Shown here in pieces: positions 1-10,027 of a DNA stretch of 64,000 bases. The stretch covers positions 75,967 through 139,966 of the forward strand of contig JBEKDT010000014.1 in assembly GCA_050014195.1 (NCBI GenBank), given 5' to 3'. The notes beneath the pieces are model-generated. The model was given only the letters and a program-made list of their open reading frames with translations, was not told the DNA's origin and ran no database searches. This DNA comes from Desulfomonilia bacterium (GTDB lineage Bacteria; Desulfobacterota; Desulfomonilia; UBA1062). Both the position numbers and the translations under genes were made by a program. How positions within the stretch are numbered: position 1 is the first letter of the stretch; each line of letters begins with the position of its first letter.

Positions 1-794
1 ATAGGTTTGATCTTGAAGAGCTTCATACCCATAGTTCTTATGATACGCTTGCCGCCGGACAGCATGCCCAGTGACAAGGCGAACGAGCAGGCAAGGATAA
101 CCCATGTCGGGACTACAAAGAGTCCACCGGGCCCCGGGGTATAGAGCATTGCCATGGCTGTAGGATCGTGACGGTAGAGGACGAGCAGGCTCAAGGTTAT
201 GAGCCCCATGGCCTTCTGGGCATCATTGGTCCCATGAGAGATGGCAAGCATGGCTGCGGAGAAGATCTGGAGCCTCTTGAGAATGCTTGAGGCCACCACC
301 GGATGCATATGCCGTAATAGGCGGAAGTTCAACCTGGTGAGATTAAAGGCGCTTATAAAGCCAAGCAGTGGCGAAATCAGAATCACACCGAATATAACAA
401 GCACACTTTTCCACTCAATGGAATTAAGCCCTGAGGTCTGGAGTGCAGCACCCATAAGCCCCCCGATAACGGCATGGGATGAGGACGATGGCAGCCCGAT
501 GACCCAGGTGAGAATGTTCCAGGCGGTAGCGGCGGCGATGGCTGCAATGATACCCCCGATGGTCATGGCGTCGATGCTGACGATTCCCTGTCCGATTGTT
601 TTTGCTACGGCCGTACCCAAAATAAGCGATCCGAAAAATACGAGCAGCGCAGTCATGATCAGGGCGTTTCGTATGTTCATTGACCTGGATGATACAATGG
701 TTGTTACGATATTCGATGCGTCGTGAAATCCGTTGCTGAAGTTGAAGAACAAACCCAACGCAATTACAATATATGCCACGTGAATAATATCCAT
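1..794 (-). CDS. pit: Inorganic phosphate transporter, PiT family (3' end outside window)
   Basis: Minus-strand frame from ATG 794 reads MDIIHVAYIVIALGLFFNFSNGFHDASN (PiT GxHDxxN signature); second-repeat HGTNDAQK motif near 210-235. Confidence 0.88.
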   Translation of the reverse strand, partial: MDIIHVAYIVIALGLFFNFSNGFHDASNIVTTIVSSRSMNIRNALIMTALLVFFGSLILGTAVAKTIGQGIVSIDAMTIGGIIAAIAAATAWNILTWVIGLPSSSSHAVIGGLMGAALQTSGLNSIEWKSVLVIFGVILISPLLGFISAFNLTRLNFRLLRHMHPVVASSILKRLQIFSAAMLAISHGTNDAQKAMGLITLSLLVLYRHDPTAMAMLYTPGPGGLFVVPTWVILACSFALSLGMLSGGKRIIRTMGMKLFKIKP

Positions 795-943
795 GCAGGC
801 ATGATAACCGAAAATAGCACGAGAATGCTACCCCTCAACACAGCGGTTCCCATGTATGATCGGGGATTTAAGAATAATGAGGGTTTACGCCGATAGTATG
901 ATTCGGATGATGAGATCTTTTGCGTACACAATCAGGAGACTAG

Positions 944-2491
944 ATGGCAGATAAACAGAGGATGGGCGAGGTTCTGGTGGAGTTGGGCCTCATCGATGAG
1001 CACAGGCTCAGGCATGCCCTCGATGTCTCTATAAAGGAAAGGGTGAAGCTGGGGGAGACACTTATCCGCCTTGGATATCTCAGTGAAGACCAGGTCCTTG
1101 ATATTCTGAAAAACTTAACCGGTATCGTAACCCTGAACATGAGGGAATGGACTATAAAAAAGCATGTACAGGTAATGCTTGCCCCTGAGCGCATGAAGGA
1201 AATGAAAGTTATCCCTTTGGATGCAAATAACAAGAGGGCTACCGTGGCCTTAGCCGATCCTTTGAACTACGTCGCAGTCGAGAGCATCAAATTACTCATC
1301 AAGAGAGATGTTACCCCGGTGCTTGCCTCATCAGCACAGATAAATGACATCCTGAACCACCTCGATAATGTCGGATACGGCATAAAAAATCTTCAGCTTA
1401 ACGAAGTCAGGCGCAGTGTAATGAGTATGACCTCTCTGGATGTGAACGCCTCGGCGGTACTCAAGCTCCTGGATGAACCAGGTTGTACGGGTCTCCATCT
1501 CTCAATAGGCGCAACGCCTGCCATACGGATGGGAGGTCATTTTAAACGGTGGAATCTCCCCATTATCACACAGATGGTTATGGAGAAGATCCTGAAGGAG
1601 ATCTTATCAGAACATGATTTGGAGATTCTCAAGGATAAGAAAGAGGTCGAATGCACGTATATTAAACCCGGGCATGGAAGATATCGCCTGAACATCTATC
1701 TCCAGAAAGGCGGGGAGGTCACCATCGCAGCGAAGAAGCTTGTGGAGGTGATCCCTTCTGCGGCATCGCTGGGCATTCCCTCGATGCTCACCTCTTTACT
1801 TGACAGACGCGGGCTTCTACTCGTAAGCAGCGCCAGGGGGCAGGGCAAGGATACGACCATAGCCGCCTTGATACATTATATAAACAGCACACAGAGCTGC
1901 AACATCATCACCCTTGAGGATCCCATCGAATATATTCATCATCACAAACTCTCGAACGTGAATCAGCGGGAGATCGGCCATGACACCCATAAGGACTTGC
2001 AAGAGGTCTTTGAGAAGGTTATCAAGCTCGACCCTGATGTGCTTGTAATCACAAACCTTAAAGACGCATTCATGATGGATACCGCGGTGCTTGCAGCGCA
2101 CAAGGGCATCCTTGTAATTGCAGGCATGAATGAGCTGGATGTCTTCAGCGCCATAGAGCAGTTTCTCTCTTCGCTTTCAAGTGATTACATGAGGGGACTT
2201 TTTTCGCGCTCCATCCTGGCTGCATTCTCCCAGAGACTTATGTTCTCGAAATTGTCCAGGAAGATGATTCTTGCCTGGGAAGGACTTCTGGCCACGCACA
2301 GGATACAAAAATACATCAGAGACGATAAGGTCTATTACATCAAAGGCCAGGCACCTTCCTTGCGGGGAGAGTATTTCCCGGTCGAAGAAAGCATAGCTGA
2401 AGCCATCAAAAACAAACGGATCGATTATGAATCGGTGCAGGATGAACCATGGGTCCACCAAGATACCTTGAAGGTCCTTCTGGAGCCGTGA
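944..2491 (+). CDS. MshEN-domain / PilT-like secretion ATPase with degenerate catalytic motifs
   Basis: N-terminal RMGEVLVELGLI...KLGETLIRLGYL repeats; PilT-like IITLEDPIEY and VNQREIG; Walker A SARGQGKDTT. Confidence 0.75.
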   Translation: MADKQRMGEVLVELGLIDEHRLRHALDVSIKERVKLGETLIRLGYLSEDQVLDILKNLTGIVTLNMREWTIKKHVQVMLAPERMKEMKVIPLDANNKRATVALADPLNYVAVESIKLLIKRDVTPVLASSAQINDILNHLDNVGYGIKNLQLNEVRRSVMSMTSLDVNASAVLKLLDEPGCTGLHLSIGATPAIRMGGHFKRWNLPIITQMVMEKILKEILSEHDLEILKDKKEVECTYIKPGHGRYRLNIYLQKGGEVTIAAKKLVEVIPSAASLGIPSMLTSLLDRRGLLLVSSARGQGKDTTIAALIHYINSTQSCNIITLEDPIEYIHHHKLSNVNQREIGHDTHKDLQEVFEKVIKLDPDVLVITNLKDAFMMDTAVLAAHKGILVIAGMNELDVFSAIEQFLSSLSSDYMRGLFSRSILAAFSQRLMFSKLSRKMILAWEGLLATHRIQKYIRDDKVYYIKGQAPSLRGEYFPVEESIAEAIKNKRIDYESVQDEPWVHQDTLKVLLEP

Positions 2492-2642
2492 TACAAACAA
2501 TGTTGCCTCTCGTTTTTTCATGAACGAGGAGTCATTCAGTACAACTTTTTGCTTGCATAGACACTCCCGATAGTGTATTAAATGAATCATGATTCAGAAT
2601 AATTATCTGAATTCATGAATAAAAAACTCTAAGGAGTGTGCG

Positions 2643-3011
2643 ATGAGCAGATTAATGACCTTGGTATTTGTTGCTATGATGACTTTAGCTGTATCCGGTA
2701 TCGCATTTGCCGCTGATGCAGCACAGGCACAACCGATGTTTGTCGATTGGGCGAAAGTGATCTTTGTTGCTGCATCAATCATTGCAGCAGGTCTCTGCAT
2801 GGGTATCGGTGCAACCGGAGCCGGTTCAGGAATGGGTGCTGCATTGGCGGGTGCAACCGAGGCAGTCGGCCGCAATCCTGATGCCCAGGGCAAGATCATG
2901 CTCACCCTCATGGTCGGTCTTGCTATGATCGAGTCCATCGCCATCTACGCACTGGTTATTTCGCTCATCATCCTGTACGCCAATCCGTTCAAGGCCGTTA
3001 TTCTCGGATAG
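2643..3011 (+). CDS. atpE: ATP synthase F0 subunit c
   Basis: GxGxGxG helix, RNPDA loop, AMIESIAIY ion-binding helix, YANPF end. Confidence 0.93.
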   Translation: MSRLMTLVFVAMMTLAVSGIAFAADAAQAQPMFVDWAKVIFVAASIIAAGLCMGIGATGAGSGMGAALAGATEAVGRNPDAQGKIMLTLMVGLAMIESIAIYALVISLIILYANPFKAVILG

Positions 3012-3193
3012 CCTGTGTTAGGATTGATGATCCCTTTACATGAATACAGGCAAATACGACTTGACCCGTTATCTTTATGGTATTTTACGGGTCGTCTATG
3101 CCGGGGGGTCGGACGGCGTTCATTGTGTGAACCGTGAGGTTTTAAGTGTTATCGAAACGTGAATGGTTCGTATAACACGGTCAGGAGATTGAT

Positions 3194-4489
3194 ATGGAGC
3201 AGGAAGCAAAAAAGAATTTCAGCTTTGCCAGTATTGCCATAAGTTTCTTTATTCTCATTGTGCTTCCCCTTACCATTACCGGCGTAATCATCAGCAAGGG
3301 TGTTATTAAGGTGGGTGAGGAGGCAACGCAGGCAAACTTGCGAATTCTCGACGACAATCAGAAGCTATCCATTGCGGGCAGGGCCCAGAATGTTGCTGAT
3401 GCTGTAGCCCAGTTTCTCACGGATCGGGAAAAGGATATCAGAATAGCTACCATCCTTCCAAGGGACGATCAGTCGTACACCACATTTTTAAAATCCAATA
3501 CCAGGGGTGTGATAGAGTCTTCCAATGTCGGGATCGTGAAGATCCCCGTACCGGTCTATCGGGAGATTGCATTCCTTGACAAAAGCGGTAAAGAGACCAT
3601 AAAGGTCACGGTCGACGGCGTGGTACCCAAGGACAAGCTTAAGGATATGTCCAGTCCTGTTACTGGTGAATTTGGTGCCGAGGATTATTTCCAGAAGGCT
3701 AAACAGCTCGCACCGGGAGAAATCTACCTGGGGCCGGTCGTTGGATCCCATGTCACCAAGCAGGAGTATGACTCTGGCAAACAGTTCAATGGAATCATCA
3801 GGATGGCAGCCCCTGTCTTTGATTCCACCGGGTTTGCAGGTGTGGTGGAGCTTGCCTTGGATTTCAGGCATATCATGGAGTTCACGGATCATATCGTGCC
3901 CACTGAACCGGGTATGGTCTTCACCAAGGTAAACGCGGATGATACGAACTATACATTCCTCGTAGGACGTGACGGCTCGATTCTTGCTCATCCGGAACAG
4001 TACCTTATCAGTGGGCTTGGGCCGGACAAGAAACCCGTACCCACGATTGATGATAAGAATTACAATGAATTGATAAAGACCGGGGGCGGCGGCATGAATG
4101 TCCTCAATATGGGCTTCATGGATGAAAACCTCCCCAAGATTCATGCACTGGCCGTTTCCGGAAAGTCCGGATCATTTACCTATACGGTCGACAACAAGAG
4201 AATCTTCATAGCATACTCACACATCCCTTATTATGGTTCTGTTTACAGCAAACCCGAGGGATTCGGCTGGGTAGGCATGATGATCGATATCGACAAGTAC
4301 CACAAGCTGAGCGAGGATAAGGTTAAGGATATTCAACAGAAGGTTGAGCGGTGGCAGAAATCGAGCATCGTTGTGGTGTTCGTATCGCTCATTCTGTTGT
4401 TCATCATTGCATTGATCCTTGCACGTGGTCTGTACCGGTCAATACAGAAACGCGATGGCGCGGCGCCCCTTGGAGATGATGAGGATTAG
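3194..4489 (+). CDS. Membrane-anchored Cache-domain sensor protein without cytoplasmic output domain
   Basis: Two TM helices flanking a dCache-like region (AAPVFD, YTFLVGRDGSILAHP); ~20-aa tail after TM2. Confidence 0.65.
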   Translation: MEQEAKKNFSFASIAISFFILIVLPLTITGVIISKGVIKVGEEATQANLRILDDNQKLSIAGRAQNVADAVAQFLTDREKDIRIATILPRDDQSYTTFLKSNTRGVIESSNVGIVKIPVPVYREIAFLDKSGKETIKVTVDGVVPKDKLKDMSSPVTGEFGAEDYFQKAKQLAPGEIYLGPVVGSHVTKQEYDSGKQFNGIIRMAAPVFDSTGFAGVVELALDFRHIMEFTDHIVPTEPGMVFTKVNADDTNYTFLVGRDGSILAHPEQYLISGLGPDKKPVPTIDDKNYNELIKTGGGGMNVLNMGFMDENLPKIHALAVSGKSGSFTYTVDNKRIFIAYSHIPYYGSVYSKPEGFGWVGMMIDIDKYHKLSEDKVKDIQQKVERWQKSSIVVVFVSLILLFIIALILARGLYRSIQKRDGAAPLGDDED

Positions 4490-4521
4490 GCGCATATAGC
4501 AATTAACATGAGTAAGAGAGC

Positions 4522-4575
4522 AGTTGCAGGAGGCGATGCTTGGGTGTCATCATCAGTCTCCTGCAACTTTTTTTT
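4522..4575 (+). terminator. Putative intrinsic terminator
   Basis: AGTTGCAGGAG...CTCCTGCAACT stem followed by T-run. Confidence 0.55.
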
Positions 4576-4626
4576 CGGGTAAGGAATAAAGGCTAGCTCT
4601 TTTGAGTTAGGGATAATGGAGGGATT

Positions 4627-5478
4627 ATGTCAGCCAAGATACTGGAGAAACAACAGTTATCCGAAAGCGTGTTCAAAATGGTTCTCGAAGGCCCGAAGAT
4701 CGCTAAGAAACGGAAGGCCGGACAGTTCGTGGTCTTAAGGATACACGAAGAGGGAGAGCGGGTTCCTCTGACCATAGCCGATGCAGACCCGACGAAGGGG
4801 ACGGTGACGATCATCTTCCAGGTAGTCGGCAAGTCAACAGGCCTCCTTGCAGACCTCAATGAGGGCGATGTGCTCATGGATCTCGTAGGACCTCTGGGCA
4901 AACCCACCCACATCGAGAAGATAGGGACTGTTGCCTGTATCGGCGGAGGTGTGGGGATCGCACCTGTCTACCCCATCACCCAGGCCATGAGAAATGCAGG
5001 CAACCACATCATATCCATCATCGGAGCCCGCACCAAGGACCTGATCATCATGGAAGACGAGATGAAGGCGGTGTCCGATGAATTCATCGTAGCCACCGAC
5101 GACGGTTCTTACGGGTACAAGGGCTTCGTCAGTCAGGCCCTGGAGGATAAATACCTCATGCCCGGCAAGAAGATCGACATGGTGGTAGCCATTGGTCCCG
5201 TCCCCATGATGAGGTCGGTCTGCGATACCACCAAGAAATATAATGTACCTACTGTGGTATCACTGAATTCCATCATGGTCGATGCTACGGGGATGTGCGG
5301 TGCGTGCCGGGTAAGTGTAGGCGGCAAGACACAGTTCGTATGTGTCGACGGCCCCGAGTTCAACGGCCATCAGGTGGATTTCCGGCAGCTCATAGACAGG
5401 CAGAGGATTTACCTGACCGAAGAGAAGGAATGCTACGATCACTACTGCTCATGCAGACTAGGGAAGGGAGGCAGGTAA
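4627..5478 (+). CDS. nfnA: NADH-dependent reduced ferredoxin:NADP+ oxidoreductase small subunit (NfnA/SudB)
   Basis: AGQFVVLR, GERVPLTIAD, GGGVGIAP, MVDATGMCGACRV...CVDGPEF. Confidence 0.9.
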   Translation: MSAKILEKQQLSESVFKMVLEGPKIAKKRKAGQFVVLRIHEEGERVPLTIADADPTKGTVTIIFQVVGKSTGLLADLNEGDVLMDLVGPLGKPTHIEKIGTVACIGGGVGIAPVYPITQAMRNAGNHIISIIGARTKDLIIMEDEMKAVSDEFIVATDDGSYGYKGFVSQALEDKYLMPGKKIDMVVAIGPVPMMRSVCDTTKKYNVPTVVSLNSIMVDATGMCGACRVSVGGKTQFVCVDGPEFNGHQVDFRQLIDRQRIYLTEEKECYDHYCSCRLGKGGR

Positions 5479-5479
5479 C

Positions 5480-6886
5480 GTGGAAATGAAAGACAGACTC
5501 AAGATCCTCCGTCAGCCGATGCCGGAGCAGGACCCAAAGGTTCGTGCGCGCAACTTTGATGAGGTCCCGCTGGGTTATACCCCCGATTTAGCCAAGACAG
5601 AGTCGCTTAGGTGCATCCAGTGCAAGAATCCCTCATGTGTTGAGGGCTGTCCCGTAGAAGTCGATATCCCCGGTTTCATCTCGCTCGTCATGGATGGGGA
5701 TTTCATAGGTGCGGCGAAAAAGATCAAAGGTACAAATGCATTGCCCGCTGTATGCGGCAGGGTATGTCCCCAGGAAGCCCAGTGTGAAAGCAAGTGCGTA
5801 CGCGGCAAGAAGGGCGAGCCGGTTGCCATCGGCAGGCTCGAACGGTTCGTAGCGGACTACGAGCGGGCTGCCGGAGAGGTATCCATCCCCGCAAAGGCGA
5901 CCCCGACCGGCAAGAAGGTGGCTGTTGTCGGTTCCGGACCTTCAGGTCTCACTGTTGCCGGCGATCTGGTTCAGCTCGGCCATGAGGTCACCATTTTCGA
6001 GGCCTTGCACAAGGCAGGAGGAGTTCTTGTCTACGGCATCCCCGAGTTCAGGCTCCCCAAGGCCATCGTCGCCGCTGAGGTGGATTACCTCCGGAAGCTG
6101 GGGGTCAAGATCGAAACCTCGAGTGTCATAGGCAAGGTCTCAACCGTAGATGAGCTTTTCGAAGAAGGATATGACGCAGTATATCTCGGCACCGGCGCAG
6201 GCCTTCCTACATTCATGAACATTCCGGGAGAGAATCTAAACGGTGTCTACTCCGCCAATGAGTATCTCACACGCTCGAACCTTATGAAGGCATATAAATT
6301 CCCGGAATACGATACCCCGATCGTCAAGGGCAAGAACGTCGCAGTCGTCGGCGGCGGGAATGTTGCCATGGACTCTGCGCGCACCGCCATGAGACTCGGT
6401 GCGGACCACGTCTACCTCATCTACCGCCGTTCCAGGGCGGAAATGCCTGCCAGGATCGAGGAGATCCACCATGCAGAGGAAGAGGGTATCGAGCTGCATC
6501 TCCTGACCAACCCCATCCGCTATATCGGCAATGACAAGGGTTGGGTTGTTGGTGTAGAATGCCTGAAGATGGAATTGGGCGAGCCCGATGAATCAGGGAG
6601 GCGCAGGCCTGTACCCATGAAGGGCAGCGAATTCGTTATCGATATCGACACTGCGGTAATCGCCATCGGTGCAGGTGCGAACCCCCTGGTCCAGAGTACC
6701 ACACCGGGCCTTAAGACGAACAAGTGGAACTATATCGTTGCCGATGAAGAGACTGGACAGACGTCCCGAGAAGGTGTATTTGCAGGCGGCGACATCGTGA
6801 CCGGTGCGGCCACCGTCATCCTGGCTATGGGTGCCGGGAGGAAGGCTGCCAAAGCAATTCACCAGTATTTGATGTCAAAGAAATAA
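5480..6886 (+). CDS. nfnB: NfnB / GltA-like large subunit
   Basis: RCIQCKNPSCVEGCPV, CGRVCPQEAQCE, GSGPSGL, GGGNVAMD, FAGGDIVTG; directly after nfnA. Confidence 0.9.
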   Translation: MEMKDRLKILRQPMPEQDPKVRARNFDEVPLGYTPDLAKTESLRCIQCKNPSCVEGCPVEVDIPGFISLVMDGDFIGAAKKIKGTNALPAVCGRVCPQEAQCESKCVRGKKGEPVAIGRLERFVADYERAAGEVSIPAKATPTGKKVAVVGSGPSGLTVAGDLVQLGHEVTIFEALHKAGGVLVYGIPEFRLPKAIVAAEVDYLRKLGVKIETSSVIGKVSTVDELFEEGYDAVYLGTGAGLPTFMNIPGENLNGVYSANEYLTRSNLMKAYKFPEYDTPIVKGKNVAVVGGGNVAMDSARTAMRLGADHVYLIYRRSRAEMPARIEEIHHAEEEGIELHLLTNPIRYIGNDKGWVVGVECLKMELGEPDESGRRRPVPMKGSEFVIDIDTAVIAIGAGANPLVQSTTPGLKTNKWNYIVADEETGQTSREGVFAGGDIVTGAATVILAMGAGRKAAKAIHQYLMSKK

Positions 6887-6909
6887 ATGGAGCGAGAGAG
6901 GAGAGGGGA

Positions 6910-7278
6910 ATGACCCTTGCGGAGGTAAAAAAGATCCTCAATGCTGATGTGATCGTAGGTGAGGACAAGCTTGATATGGAGGTTGAACGGGGTTTTGCCG
7001 CAGACCTCATGAGCGATGTGCTCGCCTTTGCAAAAGAGGGATCAATGCTCCTCACCGGCCTCACAAACCCCTTGGTGGTGCGTACCGCCGATACGCTGGA
7101 CCTCAAGGTGATCATCTTCGTGCGGGGGAAACGCCCGGCTCCCGATGCGATCAAACTGGCCCAAGAAAAGAATATTCCCCTGCTCGCCACCCGATACATC
7201 CTGTTCGAATCATGCGGGAGGCTCTTCGAGGCGGGCATGCGCGGATCAGTCCAGAAGGTGGGAGAGTCGCAGGATTAG
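6910..7278 (+). CDS. DRTGG-domain protein
   Basis: AADLMSDVLA...LLTGLTNP motif typical of DRTGG proteins in hydrogenase-linked regulatory clusters. Confidence 0.75.
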   Translation: MTLAEVKKILNADVIVGEDKLDMEVERGFAADLMSDVLAFAKEGSMLLTGLTNPLVVRTADTLDLKVIIFVRGKRPAPDAIKLAQEKNIPLLATRYILFESCGRLFEAGMRGSVQKVGESQD

Positions 7279-7413
7279 CGCCTCTCCCACCATGTTTATC
7301 CATACTGTTTTCTTCTTGTTACCCTCATATCTTTTCGTTTGGTTTATATGTTGCTCTTTACAAATTCAAGTTTAAGTTGGTATAAGTCGATAGGGTAGAG
7401 AAGAGGGAACACT

Positions 7414-7722
7414 ATGGCAGGGCCGACTGATATTTCTACCATACTTTCCCAGACCGGGAGGATTGAGAAGATCAATCAGAATCCCTTTGTCCAGTCTGAG
7501 GTCGCGCGGCAGATCCTCACTGAAGAAGAAGCAAAGGCAAGGCTGCGCAAGAACAAAGAGGTGGCTGAGTCAAAGAAGGCCCAGGAGATATCCGTGCGTG
7601 ACAAGACAAAAGGGGACCGTGGAAGAGAAAATCCGAAGGAAAAAACAGCCGAAGCACAGACAACCTCTGAAGAGGACGAAAACTCCAAAGACGAGAAACA
7701 TATCATCGATGTGGTGGTGTAG
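7414..7722 (+). CDS. Hypothetical protein (charged, C-terminal IIDVVV)
   Basis: ORF with RBS; first gene of a four-gene operon. Confidence 0.6.
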   Translation: MAGPTDISTILSQTGRIEKINQNPFVQSEVARQILTEEEAKARLRKNKEVAESKKAQEISVRDKTKGDRGRENPKEKTAEAQTTSEEDENSKDEKHIIDVVV

Positions 7723-7724
7723 CA

Positions 7725-8165
7725 TTGCTGCTTCCTGTTGCTGATCCCATACGGCTCCTCCTCATAGCCCAACTCGTTATCCAGGTAATCCTGATCGCGT
7801 TCGTGGTATTCCTCCTTGTTCTCGAAAAACGCAGAAGGGTGAGGCCTGAGGCACTTGATGAGCTTAAGGCGGTTGTGAGACAGACCAAGGATCTTTCGGA
7901 TACCTTCCATGGCAATGTGCAGCAGCGGGTTGACCTCCTCACCAGGGTCATGAGTGAGTTCGACAGTAAGATTAAGAATGCCGAGATCCTCATAAAGGCC
8001 TTGGAAGAGACTGCTGTCAAGGTAAAAAAGGCAAGGCAATTCAATGCATCGGATGTCCAAAAGCTTCACAGGGGCGGCTTTGAAGCCCTTGAGATCTCCC
8101 AGATCACAGGGGTTCCGGTTGGTGAGATTCAGCTCATGATCAAGGTCGGCAACCCACAGGGCTGA
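7725..8165 (+). CDS. Membrane-anchored coiled-coil protein with C-terminal HTH-like motif (DUF2802-like)
   Basis: N-terminal TM, coiled coil, EISQITGVPVGEIQLM tail. Confidence 0.55.
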   Translation: MLLPVADPIRLLLIAQLVIQVILIAFVVFLLVLEKRRRVRPEALDELKAVVRQTKDLSDTFHGNVQQRVDLLTRVMSEFDSKIKNAEILIKALEETAVKVKKARQFNASDVQKLHRGGFEALEISQITGVPVGEIQLMIKVGNPQG

Positions 8166-8177
8166 ATGTAAGGGATC

Positions 8178-8951
8178 ATGCAAATAATTCCTGCCCAAGT
8201 CACTGTCGGCGACATCACTATCCAGGGTAAGATCCAGGTTCCTTCTCTCGCCATTGGACGGCTGGTCGTGGCAACCGTGCTTTCCAGCCCGAAGGACGGC
8301 CTTGTCCTGGTCTCCATGTTCGGCCAGCGTCTCTTGGTGGAGACAAACCTTGATCTCATGGAGGGTCAGATTCTGAACCTGAGGGTACAGGCTACAAATC
8401 CCAAGGTGGTCATGAAGCCGATCGAGTCATTACCTGAGACCAAGACCGCCCTCAAGCTGATGGATAGCCTTGTAGCGCAGATTGCCGAAAAATTCGGAGA
8501 TTCGGAGGTCCAGAACTTCGATGCAAAAGAGATCCTCAAGAAGTTCTTATCCGAATCGCCCAAAGATATGACGACTCTGCAGGCTGCTCTGAAATTTGTT
8601 GAAACTTTCTCTCAGCTTCCGCCCAACACTATTGCTTACCTCCTGATCCCTTTTGTCGACGAGAACTCTCGAGGCAAGGCTCAGGTGACAATAGAAAGGA
8701 ATGGCCAGGATTACCGGCTCCATTTCGATGTAGAGACCGATGCCTTGGGCCTCATAGAAAGTACAGTCCTCAGGACCAACAGCGGTATAGCAGTTGAGAT
8801 CTCTTCCGGTTTAAAGGATGTTGTGGACTTATTGAAGACACATTTGAAAGAGCTCGCCCAGAACCTTGAACCCTACGGGGTGACGGGCATAGAGATCGTA
8901 CAGAAGAAACCGCAGGAAGATCAACGATCAGGGGTGGATGTGGTGGTATGA
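8178..8951 (+). CDS. FliK-like (hook-length control C-terminal-like) protein
   Basis: LHFDVETDALGLIE motif, GVDVVV end; overlaps a FlhB-domain gene. Confidence 0.5.
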   Translation: MQIIPAQVTVGDITIQGKIQVPSLAIGRLVVATVLSSPKDGLVLVSMFGQRLLVETNLDLMEGQILNLRVQATNPKVVMKPIESLPETKTALKLMDSLVAQIAEKFGDSEVQNFDAKEILKKFLSESPKDMTTLQAALKFVETFSQLPPNTIAYLLIPFVDENSRGKAQVTIERNGQDYRLHFDVETDALGLIESTVLRTNSGIAVEISSGLKDVVDLLKTHLKELAQNLEPYGVTGIEIVQKKPQEDQRSGVDVVV

Positions 8952-9238
8952 AGGACGAAAACAAAAGTATAAAAAAGGCCATTGCCTTGAAATACGAACG
9001 GGGAAAAGACCTGGCACCAAAGGTCAAGGCTAAGGGCAAGGGGGCCGTGGCTGATAAGATTCTTGCCCTGGCCAGGGAGCACGGGGTCCCCATTGAGAAG
9101 GATTCCGCATTGCTGGAAGCGCTCTACCGCCTTGATATAAACGAAGAGATCCCCGAGGAGCTCTATCAGGTTGTGGCAGAGCTCCTTGCGTTCATCTATC
9201 GAATGAATGCCCTCAAGAAGGGCAGGGCCTCAGGATAA
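8948..9238 (+). CDS. Stand-alone FlhB C-terminal domain protein (EscU/YscU/HrcU family)
   Basis: KAIALKY...APKVKAKGKG...EIPEELYQVVAELLAFIY. Confidence 0.88.
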   Translation: MKDENKSIKKAIALKYERGKDLAPKVKAKGKGAVADKILALAREHGVPIEKDSALLEALYRLDINEEIPEELYQVVAELLAFIYRMNALKKGRASG

Positions 9239-9290
9239 TAAATTCACAGTCCAACATTATTTCTGGTAATAATATTTCCAGAGGTTATCA

Positions 9291-9737
9291 GTGAGCAAAG
9301 TCTTATCTCATGGAATGATTATTCTTTTATTCTTTATTCCCGGATGCTGCAGCATTATTAATACGACCAAACAAAACATTGATGTAATCAGCATTCCACC
9401 TGGTGCATTGGTTACTGTAAATGGCGTTCAGAAAGGGGTCACTCCTATAACACTAGAATTGAAACGTAATGGGAATCATAAAATCTCATTAGCAATGGAC
9501 GGATACCAACCATATGAAATTACTACAATGAGGGACCCAAGCTTATGGATATTAGGGGACCTTCTGTTTTTTTTAAGTCTGCCTGTTATTGTCATCGATG
9601 CCTTTGATGGGGCAGTTTACAATATTGAACCAACTATTATAAAAGCCCAATTACTCAAGATAGATGATGATATAGTGTTTTTAAAACAAGATAAAGAAAC
9701 ACTGGTTAAAGATAATAATTTTTCACGTAATGAATAA
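9291..9737 (+). CDS. PEGA-domain lipoprotein
   Basis: Lipobox-like GC; SIPPGALVTVNG...GVTP PEGA motif. Confidence 0.7.
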   Translation: MSKVLSHGMIILLFFIPGCCSIINTTKQNIDVISIPPGALVTVNGVQKGVTPITLELKRNGNHKISLAMDGYQPYEITTMRDPSLWILGDLLFFLSLPVIVIDAFDGAVYNIEPTIIKAQLLKIDDDIVFLKQDKETLVKDNNFSRNE

Positions 9738-10027
9738 ATCGCCTGCATGGCTCCAGTAATATCTTGTGAAAAGAGAAAGAATGTTTTATAGAATTTTGCC
9801 AAGGATACATAAGGACTTATGGATCAGAACCAACAGTATATGACAAAAACTTATGCTATAAAATAATATCACATGTATCGGAGTTAATATTATTGGTCCC
9901 TTGCTTGGCCAGAACCATGAATTATAATAGTAGGAGTGTTTAATATATTTATATAAACAGAACTGTATACACATAATAAATGGGAAGTTCGGCGGTAAGC
10001 CTTAAAATAGTATAGTAAGGAGGGAAA

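Noticed and set aside
241-726. 161-aa + strand ORF
   Set aside because: Antisense shadow of the minus-strand pit gene.
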